Of a DNA stretch of 64,000 nt, positions 56,001-64,000 are shown piece by piece (position 1 is the first letter of the stretch; each line of letters starts with the position of its first letter). The notes under the pieces were generated by a model. The model was not told the origin of the DNA and searched no databases. It was given only the letters and a program-made list of their open reading frames with translations. The DNA lies in contig CAXXGJ010000006.1 of the NCBI GenBank assembly GCA_963677895.2, forward strand, positions 320,001-384,000. Reading direction: 5' to 3'. This stretch comes from Treponemataceae bacterium. Its GTDB lineage: Bacteria > Spirochaetota > Spirochaetia > Treponematales > Rectinemataceae. The position numbers and the translations under genes were made by a program.

Positions 56001-57009
56001 CACCGCCCTGCCCGTCGACGGCGGCCCCGCGAGGGACATTCTCGTCCGGGGCTATATTTCAGGCGGGAAAATCAATGCCGCAGGCACGGCCATGGGATTG
56101 ATACTCGAGGACCTGGCCAATCCCTCCGAGGTCTGGGCCGCGGCCATCTCGGGAAAAAACGATATGGAGCCCTGGAAGGTCAGCGCGCTGAATTCCAAAG
56201 TTCCCAAGGGGGAAATCTGGGAGTCCAAGGTTGTTGAATGGAAGGCATCGGACGGGCGCGCCATCGAGGGCATCCTCACCCATCCCGCGGGCGCGAAGCC
56301 CGAAAACGGATATCCCCTCGTGGTGGAGGCCCATGGAGGCCCTTCCTATTCATTCTTCGAATATTACACAGGCGGGAAAAGCTGGCTCATCTCGCCGGCT
56401 GGCGCCCTCGCGTACCAGGGCTTCGCCCTCCTGAGGCCCAATATCCGCGGCTCGGCCGGGTATGGCGCGGAATTCACCTACTCGAATCTCGCCGACTGGG
56501 GCGGCGGAGACTTCCAGGACATCCTGGACGGGGTGGACTTCCTCGTGAAGCGAGGCATGGCCGATCCGGAGCGCGTGACGATCATGGGGCAGAGCTATGG
56601 AGGCTATATGGCCGCCTGGGCGGTGACCCAGACCGACAGGTTCAAGGCTTCCGTCGTCATCGACGGGATAACCAATCTCGCCAGCGACGCCCTCACCACG
56701 GATATTCCCCACTACATGGCCGATAACCTGGGCGGCTTCGTCTGGGACAACCCCGACATCTATCGCGACCGTTCCCCCATTACCCATGTCCGGAACGTGC
56801 GCACGCCCACCCTCATCCTTCACGGCATGTACGACGCGAGAGTGCCCCTCGGCCAGGCGCAGGAATTCTACACGGCTTTGAAGCTCCTGAACGTCCCGAC
56901 GCGGATGATCGTCTATCCCCGGGCTGGGCATTATCCGGGCGAACCGAAGCAGCAGATGGACATGTGGGAACGCGAGATCGAGTGGTTCACGCGGTATAGC
57001 GGGAAGTAA
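53017..57009 (+). CDS. Secreted serine hydrolase (beta-lactamase family) fused to a PD40 beta-propeller and S9 peptidase
   Basis: Signal peptide; GSISK, YCN, GKGG; WSPDG repeats; HGGP, GQSYGG, DARVP, AGH triad; ATG 53017 after GGAGG. Confidence 0.88.
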   Translation: MKKSGLPISALVLAFLLIPAMAFSQFPGVPAIPEHLRQAVAIARESLDQDLRSETACSAAVAVIEDGTIVYSETFGLADRENKVSVRADTLFNIGSISKAFTTSAMMALVDEGKVGLDVPVLRYLPEFAMADPRFQNITIRMLLNHTSGIPGTNWENGMGFESDPEYARTTLKKLKTQRLKFDPGAVATYCNDGFTLAELVIERVSGMSFIDCVAQRVLSPLAMTRTGLSMGLRKSEPSALYYEPGTGKREPAEVVSILGAGGMASTAEDLCRFAYSFSGDGSQFLSPESRNEMLKEQPSAAKRQNASAGWPYGLGWDLVEKSPFKEAGIQVLGKGGNTGRYTSQILVAPSKRIAIAIVESAAGAPAVITASRMLEAALLDKGQMSRSGTAPALDPAREPALEPAREAIPRGYAEFEGYYAAGGYVIKLDIDFDRDELSVLILYQGRQMPRPPSFYSGGAFYSSDGDPIRLEKIDGICCFLTETPFGPNVAAQRLEVLDNPLSLDTEIAGRLWLRRNIGPYEGRSLALFNPFTVSNTVPTLPGYVDFDGIKEVTSPSTATFVATYVRDQTELSLVEKDGETRAWLSYKLMSPADEALRLSRGFSAVTIGSEGLNEWLVAAEDLTLQVRKPGRGRLVIYSPGLAPIYDSVLDTGDVKVEKGSLIQLAGLPGDRFALTGLTKEAWTLLDTMSLWDFSDVDVSPDGKKIIFTASTASTASTAAREGGLSNPVPRVYIADIDGKNPRALTGEDGPSYHAQWSPDGKRISFLSFRSGKLELWLIAPEGGEAVQLSHANAAVYAYRWARDGAFIGYIDPDPASPEEIRAAQAMEDPQIVDEQEKMIHLWTVATEPDAKGLYATKRITSGDFCVSSWDFAPDGSAVTFVRQKRLLPLYEYPGLISRLDLKSGIIADLVPSIERGIYNSISYSPDGESIAYTTSRSFFTLMDVSVLPAAGGTPVTLAKDQSQSALYNSLGLLGWSPDGAYLYISNARGTKAAITALPVDGGPARDILVRGYISGGKINAAGTAMGLILEDLANPSEVWAAAISGKNDMEPWKVSALNSKVPKGEIWESKVVEWKASDGRAIEGILTHPAGAKPENGYPLVVEAHGGPSYSFFEYYTGGKSWLISPAGALAYQGFALLRPNIRGSAGYGAEFTYSNLADWGGGDFQDILDGVDFLVKRGMADPERVTIMGQSYGGYMAAWAVTQTDRFKASVVIDGITNLASDALTTDIPHYMADNLGGFVWDNPDIYRDRSPITHVRNVRTPTLILHGMYDARVPLGQAQEFYTALKLLNVPTRMIVYPRAGHYPGEPKQQMDMWEREIEWFTRYSGK

Positions 57010-57011
57010 CG

Positions 57012-59717
57012 CTATCGGTTTTCTTCAAGGGGAAATTCTCTCTCTCGAAACAAGCGCAGGCAGCTGTCGACAACATCGCTGTCGTAGAGGATGCCCCTGT
57101 TCTTCTCGACTTCCTCCAGGGCGGCATCGATGCCCAGCGCGGGACGATAGGGACGATACGAAGCCATTGCCTCCACGACATCGGCGACGGCCAAAATCCG
57201 GGATTCCATGAGCGTTTGATTCCCGGTCAACCTGTTCGGATAGCCTGACCCATTCATCCGTTCATGATGCTCGAGCACGATGCGCGCGATAGGCCATGGG
57301 AATTCTATATCCTTCAGGATGTCGTACCCTGCCTGAGCGTGAATCTTGATCAGCTCGAATTCAATCGCCAGCAATTTCTTGGGTTTCGTGAGAATCTCGG
57401 CGGGAACGGAAACCTTGCCGAGATCGTGAATCGATGCAGCCAGGCGAAGTCCTTCGATTCGATCTTCGGGAAGACCCATCTCAAGGGCGATGGACTGGGC
57501 AAGATTTGACACGCGGCTTTGATGGCCCGCCGTATAAGGATCTCTCGCTTCCACGGTCGCGGAAATGGCATGGATCGTCGCGCCCAAGGCTTCCCGCAAA
57601 CGTTCGGTGCTCAACTGTCGGTCGGTGATATCTTCGCAGAATCCTTCGTAATGCAGGATTTTCCCATTGTTGTCGCGAACGGCATGCTGATCTATCGATA
57701 CCCAGATGACTTTTTTGTCTTTTCTTCGGTATTGACATATAAAACCCTTCACCGCTTCGCACTCGTCGATTTCCTTGAGCAGCTTTTCGCGAGCCTCGGG
57801 GTCAACGTAAATATCGCGTGCCATGTTCTTGATGTTCGATATGAGCTCTTTAGGGGATTTGAAGCCCAACATAGTCGCCATGGCCTTGTTAGCGGTCAGG
57901 AATTTCCCGGTTTTATTCGACTGGAAGATACCTTCCTGGGCATTGTCGAAAATATTCCTGTATTTCCCTTCGGTTCTGAACAACGCCTCCGTCAACCGCT
58001 TCGCCTCCAGGATTTTCCAAACGGAATCCATCAACAACGTCAACTGTCGTACATCCGAACTGTTATAATCGGTTGACTTGTTCGCCACTCCCGCCACGGC
58101 CACGATCCGATCGCCAGAGAATACTGGAACCGTCAAGTACTTGTGGATACGCGCATGACTCTCTGGATAGCCTTTTTTCAGAGGATGAGGCGATTGGAAA
58201 TCATTGACGATGATGGGCTTGGCTTGCCTTACCGCCTCGCCCCAAATCCCTGTCGTGTTGAGCTGAGAGGTTGTCGGCGAGTCGCCGATGCCGCATTCCC
58301 TTTTTACTCCCTTCGACCAGGTATTGAGGGTAAACTCTTTGCGTTGATCATTGTAAAGGTAGATATACCCGAGCATGCTGTCCGTCAGCTCTATCGCTTC
58401 TTCAAGGGCGAAGTCGAGAAGCGATTGGATCGATTTGGCCTTATGCTGAGCTATTCGCAAAAGACCTTCCAGCCTCGCCTCGTTTCGGAGGATTTCCTCC
58501 TCGTTTCGCTTGCGTTCGGAGATGTCGCGCGAGACGCCATGCAATCCGATTATCGTTCCCTTCCCGTCGCGGATAAAGGCGATATTCATCGATACCCAGA
58601 AGGTACTGCCATCGGCGCGAAGGCTTTTGACTTCCAGGCGACGAGAACGTGCTTTATCGACGCCTGGGTCCTTCTCCTTTTCAAGTTCCTCGGTTAATGC
58701 CATTCGTACTTGCTCGAGCGAATCCGTAGGGAACCTTTCCTCCAGGGACCGGCCCATATAAATTTCCGCGGACTCTCCGTACATCTTTTTTGCCGATGGA
58801 CTGATATAGGTAATTTTAAGGGCCAGATCCGAAGTCCAGACCACATCGGCGATAGTCTCGGTGATGAGCTTATACTTCTGCTCGCTTTCCCGAAGCGATT
58901 GCTCGGCCTTTTTATACTCGGTAATGTCCTGGTTCACTCCATAGGTTTTGAGTGTTTTCCCCTCGGCATCCTTGACGATGTAGATGCGTACGGCTATGTC
59001 TCCCGCCGTCCCGTCCTCGTAGAGCATTCGATGTTCTATCTGACTGCTGAAATGAGGATCCTTGGTATCGATGGCTTTCTGCGTTTCTTTCGCCACGATG
59101 GCGATATCGTCAGGATGTACGAACCTTCGCGCATAATCGGCCGACTTCATTGTATATCCGCCGATCTTTTCGGTCGTCGTCTTGAAAAGCTTATAGAATT
59201 GTTCGTTGAAGGTGAAAAGATCGCCGGGAACATCATAGACCCAATGACCCAAGTGAGCGATTTCGAGGGCGTTGGAAAGCTGGGCTCTGCTGGCCTTGAG
59301 CTCTTCGAGGACTTTTCTGTGTTCTTCCCTGACTACTTTTTCCTGGAGTTCCCTTTCCACGGCGGGAACGAGACGCTGGAGATGGCCCTTCATGATGTAG
59401 TCATGGGCTCCCGCCTTCATGGCTCCGATCGCCGTCTCTTCCCCGATCGCTCCCGAGACGATGATGAAGGGAATATCCAGAGCGGTCTCCCTTAAAAGCG
59501 CGAGGGCTTCCATTCCGCTGAATTGGGGAAGTTTATAATCGGAAACCACGCAATCCCAGGCCGATTCCTTCAGCGCCGAACGCATGGCGACCGCCGTATC
59601 TATGCGTTTGAAAACCAGCTCGTAGCCGCCCTCCGCCAGCGCGTGTTGGATTAAAGCGGCATCGTCCTCGGAATCTTCGATATTCAAAACGCATAGCATT
59701 CTTCCCATCGATAGCAC
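57012..59717 (-). CDS. REC-PAS-PAS-GAF-PAS HD-GYP cyclic-dinucleotide phosphodiesterase
   Basis: IEDSEDD...SDYKLP receiver; three PAS/PAC domains; GAF; DPYTAGH, HDLGK, HHERMNGSGYP, YRP. Confidence 0.92.
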   Translation of the reverse strand: MLSMGRMLCVLNIEDSEDDAALIQHALAEGGYELVFKRIDTAVAMRSALKESAWDCVVSDYKLPQFSGMEALALLRETALDIPFIIVSGAIGEETAIGAMKAGAHDYIMKGHLQRLVPAVERELQEKVVREEHRKVLEELKASRAQLSNALEIAHLGHWVYDVPGDLFTFNEQFYKLFKTTTEKIGGYTMKSADYARRFVHPDDIAIVAKETQKAIDTKDPHFSSQIEHRMLYEDGTAGDIAVRIYIVKDAEGKTLKTYGVNQDITEYKKAEQSLRESEQKYKLITETIADVVWTSDLALKITYISPSAKKMYGESAEIYMGRSLEERFPTDSLEQVRMALTEELEKEKDPGVDKARSRRLEVKSLRADGSTFWVSMNIAFIRDGKGTIIGLHGVSRDISERKRNEEEILRNEARLEGLLRIAQHKAKSIQSLLDFALEEAIELTDSMLGYIYLYNDQRKEFTLNTWSKGVKRECGIGDSPTTSQLNTTGIWGEAVRQAKPIIVNDFQSPHPLKKGYPESHARIHKYLTVPVFSGDRIVAVAGVANKSTDYNSSDVRQLTLLMDSVWKILEAKRLTEALFRTEGKYRNIFDNAQEGIFQSNKTGKFLTANKAMATMLGFKSPKELISNIKNMARDIYVDPEAREKLLKEIDECEAVKGFICQYRRKDKKVIWVSIDQHAVRDNNGKILHYEGFCEDITDRQLSTERLREALGATIHAISATVEARDPYTAGHQSRVSNLAQSIALEMGLPEDRIEGLRLAASIHDLGKVSVPAEILTKPKKLLAIEFELIKIHAQAGYDILKDIEFPWPIARIVLEHHERMNGSGYPNRLTGNQTLMESRILAVADVVEAMASYRPYRPALGIDAALEEVEKNRGILYDSDVVDSCLRLFREREFPLEENR

Positions 59718-59787
59718 CTGCCTCGCTTCAATATACTGACTATTGTCGCTGGACTGTAATTCTGTCGAGGTTTAGAATGGATTCAAC

Positions 59788-60171
59788 ATGAATGGAAACC
59801 ACCCCGTCCGAATTGTGCTCCTCGCGCTGGCGGCCTTGTTTGTCGTCGCTTCGCTGCCGGCGCAGACTGCGCTGACCGAATCGCAGGCGTATAAAAAAGC
59901 GGAAGAATACCTGCTTCTTCATTTCCAGAATGAATTCATGAAAACCGAGGATTTCAAGGAAAGGTTCGGTGAGATCGCATGGGAAGAGATTTCGCAGGAC
60001 GTGATGGATTCCATGGATTTTGTGCGCGACAGGAAGGCGGAAAAAAATCTGTACCAGGATAAATCATACGCCTTTATCGGAGACATGCTCGAATTCGAAA
60101 TATTGATCGACAGGATTGTGCTGGACAAGATTACTGGCGAACTGCAGGACATTGAGATCATGTTCTGGTGA
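59788..60171 (+). CDS. Hypothetical secreted protein
   Basis: Hydrophobic signal peptide (IVLLALAALFVVASLPA), 127 aa, followed by a terminator. Confidence 0.7.
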   Translation: MNGNHPVRIVLLALAALFVVASLPAQTALTESQAYKKAEEYLLLHFQNEFMKTEDFKERFGEIAWEEISQDVMDSMDFVRDRKAEKNLYQDKSYAFIGDMLEFEILIDRIVLDKITGELQDIEIMFW

Positions 60172-60212
60172 ACGCATTGTCGGAATGGCAGGATGAATCA
60201 TCAGTTACTGAG

Positions 60213-60243
60213 TTAAAAAGCCGCCACCTCTGGCGGCTTTTAA
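60213..60243. terminator. Bidirectional intrinsic terminator
   Basis: TTAAAAAGCCGCCA-cctc-TGGCGGCTTTTAA. Confidence 0.85.
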
Positions 60244-60380
60244 TTGTTGGGCTGAATGGGCTGCCTGACTAACGTTGACGCTACCCGATTGATCCCAAAA
60301 ATACATTAAGCCTTCGAAAATATCGGCATATTCGCCACATTGTTCAGGATACCTTTACGGATCGAAAGTTGTGTTCTTCT

Positions 60381-60415
60381 CTTCCAGAGGGTGACAAATT
60401 GTCACAATCTGGAAG
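60381..60415. repeat. Nested inverted repeat immediately downstream of rhuM
   Basis: CTTCCAGA-gg-GTGACAA-a-TTGTCAC-aa-TCTGGAAG. Confidence 0.8.
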
Positions 60416-60417
60416 CG

Positions 60418-61455
60418 TCAGATTTGCTCTCCGTAGCCCTCGAGCGCCTCTTTTATGTATCGATCGAAGTCCGATTCAAAGAGACCATCCTGGACAATGC
60501 GGAACTTTTCAAACTCGCTTTCGGCGAAGATTTTAGCAACTTCCTGGCTCACCTTGCCCGGGCTGTCCAGGATTTCGCGCTCATTGAATTGGAGAAAAGC
60601 GTTTAGTTTTTTTGCCCAATCTTTCATCGTCATGGGTATTTTGTGGTTGGCCTGATCCTCGGCGTAGTCCAGGTACATAGTGACGATACGACTGAGGGAA
60701 TCAAGTTCATCTTTCGTCAGATAGTTTTTCGCGATGATGACATCGGGCTTGAGAATTTTTCCTTCAGGCGCATTCTTCCAGCTGGTCAAACCCATGTGGT
60801 CTTTGGAATTGTCTGCCCGATCCACGATGAGTTCAGCCGCCGTTTGACCGTGAATGGCGAAATGCAGCTTGTTCTGAATTGTGGCGAAGAAGGTTCGAGT
60901 GGTTTCGGCATTCTTATTGTAATCCATCGCGGTCGAGTAGATGTCGGTGATCTTCTGATAGAACATGCGTTCGCTGGCTCTGATCTCACGGATTTCGGCC
61001 AGCAAGTCGTCGAAGTATTCCTTGCTCAAGAAGGCGCCATTTTTGAGACGTTCTTTATCCAACACATAACCGCGGAGGGCGAAATTCCTTAGGACGCCAG
61101 TGGCCCATTGGCGGAACTGAACAGCCTGGGCGGAGTTGACGCGGAATCCGACGGCGATGATGGCGTCGAGATTGTAAAATTCCACGTTCCGACTTACTTC
61201 GCGGTCACCTTCTTTTTGAACTATTCGGAATTTCCGAATAGTTGTTTTTACGGATATTTCTTTTTGAAGAAATAGATTGTTGAGATGTTCATTGATAGTC
61301 GGGACTGTAACATCGAAGAGGGTAGCCATCAATTTCTGGGTTAACCAAACAGTACCGTCTTCAACTCGGACTTCGATGCCATTTTCTCCGCCTTGCCGAG
61401 TAAAAATCAGAAACTCGGTAGTGCTGTTTCGAATTTGCAGCTTCTTCTCACTCAT
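60418..61455 (-). CDS. rhuM: Virulence RhuM family protein
   Basis: TVWLTQKLMATLF, YNLDAIIAVGFRVNS, QFRQWAT, IREIRASE, YQKITDIY, IAKNYL; ATG 61455 after GGAGG. Confidence 0.92.
   Translation of the reverse strand: MSEKKLQIRNSTTEFLIFTRQGGENGIEVRVEDGTVWLTQKLMATLFDVTVPTINEHLNNLFLQKEISVKTTIRKFRIVQKEGDREVSRNVEFYNLDAIIAVGFRVNSAQAVQFRQWATGVLRNFALRGYVLDKERLKNGAFLSKEYFDDLLAEIREIRASERMFYQKITDIYSTAMDYNKNAETTRTFFATIQNKLHFAIHGQTAAELIVDRADNSKDHMGLTSWKNAPEGKILKPDVIIAKNYLTKDELDSLSRIVTMYLDYAEDQANHKIPMTMKDWAKKLNAFLQFNEREILDSPGKVSQEVAKIFAESEFEKFRIVQDGLFESDFDRYIKEALEGYGEQI
61219..61243. repeat. Perfect 25-bp palindrome inside rhuM
   Basis: AACTATTCGGAA-T-TTCCGAATAGTT, encoding TTIRKFRIV. Confidence 0.9.
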
Positions 61456-61567
61456 GCCAACCTCCGACAACTCACCAGTACCTACCTTTTCCATCGGCGG
61501 CTTTCATCATGAGCCAAAAGTATGCGATTGTTCTTCCGTCATGTTCCAGCCTCTATCCTGCGAGAAA

Positions 61568-62797
61568 TCATATTCTCTCCATAGAATGAACGTCCGCCGG
61601 TATCTTGCTTACATCAAGCTCGCCCTTGAAGGCGCGCTGGCTCAAGCTTCCGTAGAGATTTTCCAGTTCGGCGAAGCTCTGGGTATATTTTAATTTTATG
61701 GATTCGACTTTTTCAACTATGGCTGCGAATTGGTTTTGGAGTTCAATGGGTGGCTTTCGTATTTTCGTTTCTTTTATTAACCCAAGATTTAGGCCATTCA
61801 TTATTGCACCGCGGTTTTTGCTGGCAAATTGCTTTTGGATAAATGGGCTTGAATGTATTGAATAGGCTAAAAAGACTGGATTGGCATTATTTCTGTCTAA
61901 AGTAATCGCCGCAAGATGCTTTGTGTTAATTGCTAAAGGTATATCTTCTGGTATTACTGCGGCTCTGCCGATAGTCCCCATGATGGTAATTATCACATCT
62001 CCAGGAAAGACCTTATAAGAACTTAGTTCTTGATATTTCTCTAAGGTAATGAAGCGTCGTTGATCCCACGCAAATTTGTTTTGTACGGCATTATCGATTC
62101 CCAATACCGCAACATCACCGGAAGTAGTAAACTCGTCGTGGAGCAGATTTGATCCGAAAGGTCCTGTTCTCATTGCTCCTTTATGATGAGCGGCCAATTC
62201 TTTGATCTCCGTAAGAGGCCAAGCTGCAAAGTCTCTATTCGCTGGATAAAACATTTCCAGAAACGTACTCTTCAACAGCTCATCCAGCGTCTTGATGCTC
62301 TCTTTGCGTTTGGCAATCAGGTTTTCCGCGCGGGTAAGGATAGTGGCGATGCGGATTTGGTCATCGAGGTGAGGCAAGGGAATCTTCAAGTCGGCAAGAG
62401 ATTTAGAATTAAGGGTAATACCCATTACAGCCTGATTACCACCCACAAATTTGATGTTTTTTAATGCATGATATAGAAAATATGGATTTAGGCTTGATAC
62501 GTTTTTAATTACCAATCCCGCTATTGCTTCATTCGTGTATAGATCAGTCCCTGCAAACGAAAGTTTACCAATACTTAGTTTGAAACTTAATAATAATGTC
62601 CCTTTAGGAATTATCCTACATCGTAGAGTTTTTATTGCTTTATCGGTAATCTCTTCTTTCGTTGAGGTAATAATCTTGCTTTTCATATCAGAAATTGAAA
62701 CCCATTTATGACCTTTACCCCAATAATCGCCTACGCTTCTTGAAGGGGTTCGTCCTATTAGAATTTCACATACTTCTGATAATTGTCTTTTTTTCAT
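61568..62797 (-). CDS. hsdS: Type I restriction-modification specificity subunit
   Basis: Two TRDs each followed by conserved helices IPLPHLDDQIRIA and PPIELQNQFA...LSQRAFKGEL; GRTPS and GPFGS motifs. Confidence 0.93.
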   Translation of the reverse strand: MKKRQLSEVCEILIGRTPSRSVGDYWGKGHKWVSISDMKSKIITSTKEEITDKAIKTLRCRIIPKGTLLLSFKLSIGKLSFAGTDLYTNEAIAGLVIKNVSSLNPYFLYHALKNIKFVGGNQAVMGITLNSKSLADLKIPLPHLDDQIRIATILTRAENLIAKRKESIKTLDELLKSTFLEMFYPANRDFAAWPLTEIKELAAHHKGAMRTGPFGSNLLHDEFTTSGDVAVLGIDNAVQNKFAWDQRRFITLEKYQELSSYKVFPGDVIITIMGTIGRAAVIPEDIPLAINTKHLAAITLDRNNANPVFLAYSIHSSPFIQKQFASKNRGAIMNGLNLGLIKETKIRKPPIELQNQFAAIVEKVESIKLKYTQSFAELENLYGSLSQRAFKGELDVSKIPADVHSMERI

Positions 62798-64000
62798 ATC
62801 AGCAATTCCTGCAGCTCGCTCAACTCCTTCTCAATCTCGCTCTCCATCACTTTAAGTTTTTCCAGAATCACGGCCGGTGTTTCATAGGCCACTTCCTCGA
62901 AGACATCCTCTTTGTACTTGCTGATCGAGAGGTCGTAATTTTCGGCGACGATTTCGGCCTTGGGCACGAAGAAGAATTTGGCTTTGCGGTCGCTTTCGAT
63001 TTTAGGGTCGCGATATTTGAACTGGCTGACGATGTCCTGTAAATCCCCGTTGCCTTCGAGCTTGGTTCGTTTGTCGTCCAGGCTGTAGCCGTCGCTTTGC
63101 ATGTCGTAGAACCATACATTTTCGGTTTCGCCGCCCTTGGTGAAGACGAGGATGGCCGTGCTGACGCCGGCGTAGGGCTTGAAAATCCCGCTGGGCATGG
63201 AGATGACCGCCTTGAGTTCGCACTTGTCCACCAGGCTTTTGCGCGCCTGCACGAAGGCCTTGCCACTTCCGAAAAGCACGCCCTGAGGGACGATCATGCC
63301 CGCCGTACCGCCTATCTTCAGAAGATGATAGATCTGCTCCACGAAAAGAAGCTCGGTCTTGGTGGTGCCGAGCGTCAGCGTCTCGTTGATGTCGCCCTTG
63401 TCGATGCTCCCCGTGAAGGGCGGATTGGCCATGACGATCTGGTATTGATTGCTCTCGGTAAAACTTTTGCTCAAGGTGTCTTTGTAGTCGATGTGGGGAT
63501 TGTCCACCCCGTGCATCATGAGGTTCATCAAACCCAGACGCACCATGGTCACATCGATATCGTAGCCGTAGAGACTGTCGTTCAGGATGGTACTGACCTT
63601 CCTGTTCAGCAGGCTGCTCACCGAATTGCGGATGAAACCGTCTTCATCGGGTGTAATCCTGTCTTTTTTCTTATCGAGCTGCGTCACCATGTACTGATAC
63701 GCGCCCAAGAGGAAGCCGCCGGTTCCGCAGGCTGGGTCGGCTATACGGTTTCCCAGTTGTGGCTCCACTAGTTCGACGATGAGCTTGATGATATGGCGAG
63801 GCGTCCTGAACTGCCCGTTCTTGCCGGCCGTGGCGATTTCCGACAGAAGCATTTCATACACATCGCCCTGGATATCTTGGAAAGTCTGCCCGCCTTTCTG
63901 GGCGTCCTTGTCTATCTCATCAAAGATTTCGTCTATTGTGGATATGGCCTCGTAGAGGAGACTCGGCTTCGGGATGATGAAAACGGCGTTCTTCATATAA
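62794..64000 (-). CDS. hsdM: Type I restriction-modification N6-adenine methyltransferase (5' end outside the window)
   Basis: GQFRTPRH, DPACGTGGFL, ANPPF, FKPYAGVST, YDLSISKY; frame open at the window edge; ATGA overlap with hsdS. Confidence 0.95.
   Translation of the reverse strand, partial: YMKNAVFIIPKPSLLYEAISTIDEIFDEIDKDAQKGGQTFQDIQGDVYEMLLSEIATAGKNGQFRTPRHIIKLIVELVEPQLGNRIADPACGTGGFLLGAYQYMVTQLDKKKDRITPDEDGFIRNSVSSLLNRKVSTILNDSLYGYDIDVTMVRLGLMNLMMHGVDNPHIDYKDTLSKSFTESNQYQIVMANPPFTGSIDKGDINETLTLGTTKTELLFVEQIYHLLKIGGTAGMIVPQGVLFGSGKAFVQARKSLVDKCELKAVISMPSGIFKPYAGVSTAILVFTKGGETENVWFYDMQSDGYSLDDKRTKLEGNGDLQDIVSQFKYRDPKIESDRKAKFFFVPKAEIVAENYDLSISKYKEDVFEEVAYETPAVILEKLKVMESEIEKELSELQELLI

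Noticed and set aside
60172..60270. GTTGGGC and nearby TAAC suggesting an integron attC site
   Set aside because: No complementary RYYYAAC upstream at a suitable distance; the hairpin is explained as a terminator; no integrase in the window.
60358..60420. Possible TGA readthrough or selenocysteine extension of rhuM
   Set aside because: RhuM appears complete at the TGA, no redox motif is present, and the hairpin does not resemble a bacterial SECIS I can support. It is reported as a palindromic element instead.
61568..64000. Phase-variable hsdS shufflon
   Set aside because: Only one hsdS, with no silent TRD copies, recombinase or simple-sequence tract visible. The rest of the locus lies outside the window.

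Overview
GC-rich bacterial chromosomal segment, probably from an anaerobe. The gene content looks spirochaete-like, but that is an inference. It is densely coding and dominated by transport and catabolism. Left to right: a B12-binding-type radical SAM gene; trkH with a truncated KdpD/KdpE-type two-component system behind a KdpE-like box; a mini GIY-YIG gene, an RRM gene with a structured leader and an Fe-S aldo/keto reductase; two convergent, paralogous peptide/opine-type ABC operons carrying atypical enzymes (creatininase-like lacking one metal site, C-N hydrolase, RraA-like, two divergent alanine-dehydrogenase-like proteins); corA, acyltransferase, a repeat surface protein, NhaC, MATE and dmpA; a FadR-controlled operon of opine dehydrogenase, URO-D-like protein, TctBAC and cysteine desulfidase with two visible promoters and operators; a DUF3494 ice-binding lipoprotein, an orphan rsmH and a transglutaminase-like peptidase; a Ugp-like ABC system with an MBL hydrolase and a LacI-SBP fusion regulator; two secreted dual-catalytic-domain peptidases; an HD-GYP signalling protein; and the end of a type I R-M locus (hsdM-hsdS-rhuM) in which rhuM carries and is flanked by palindromic elements. 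No rRNA, tRNA, CRISPR array or transposase was recognised. All family calls come from motif recognition, not database searches.
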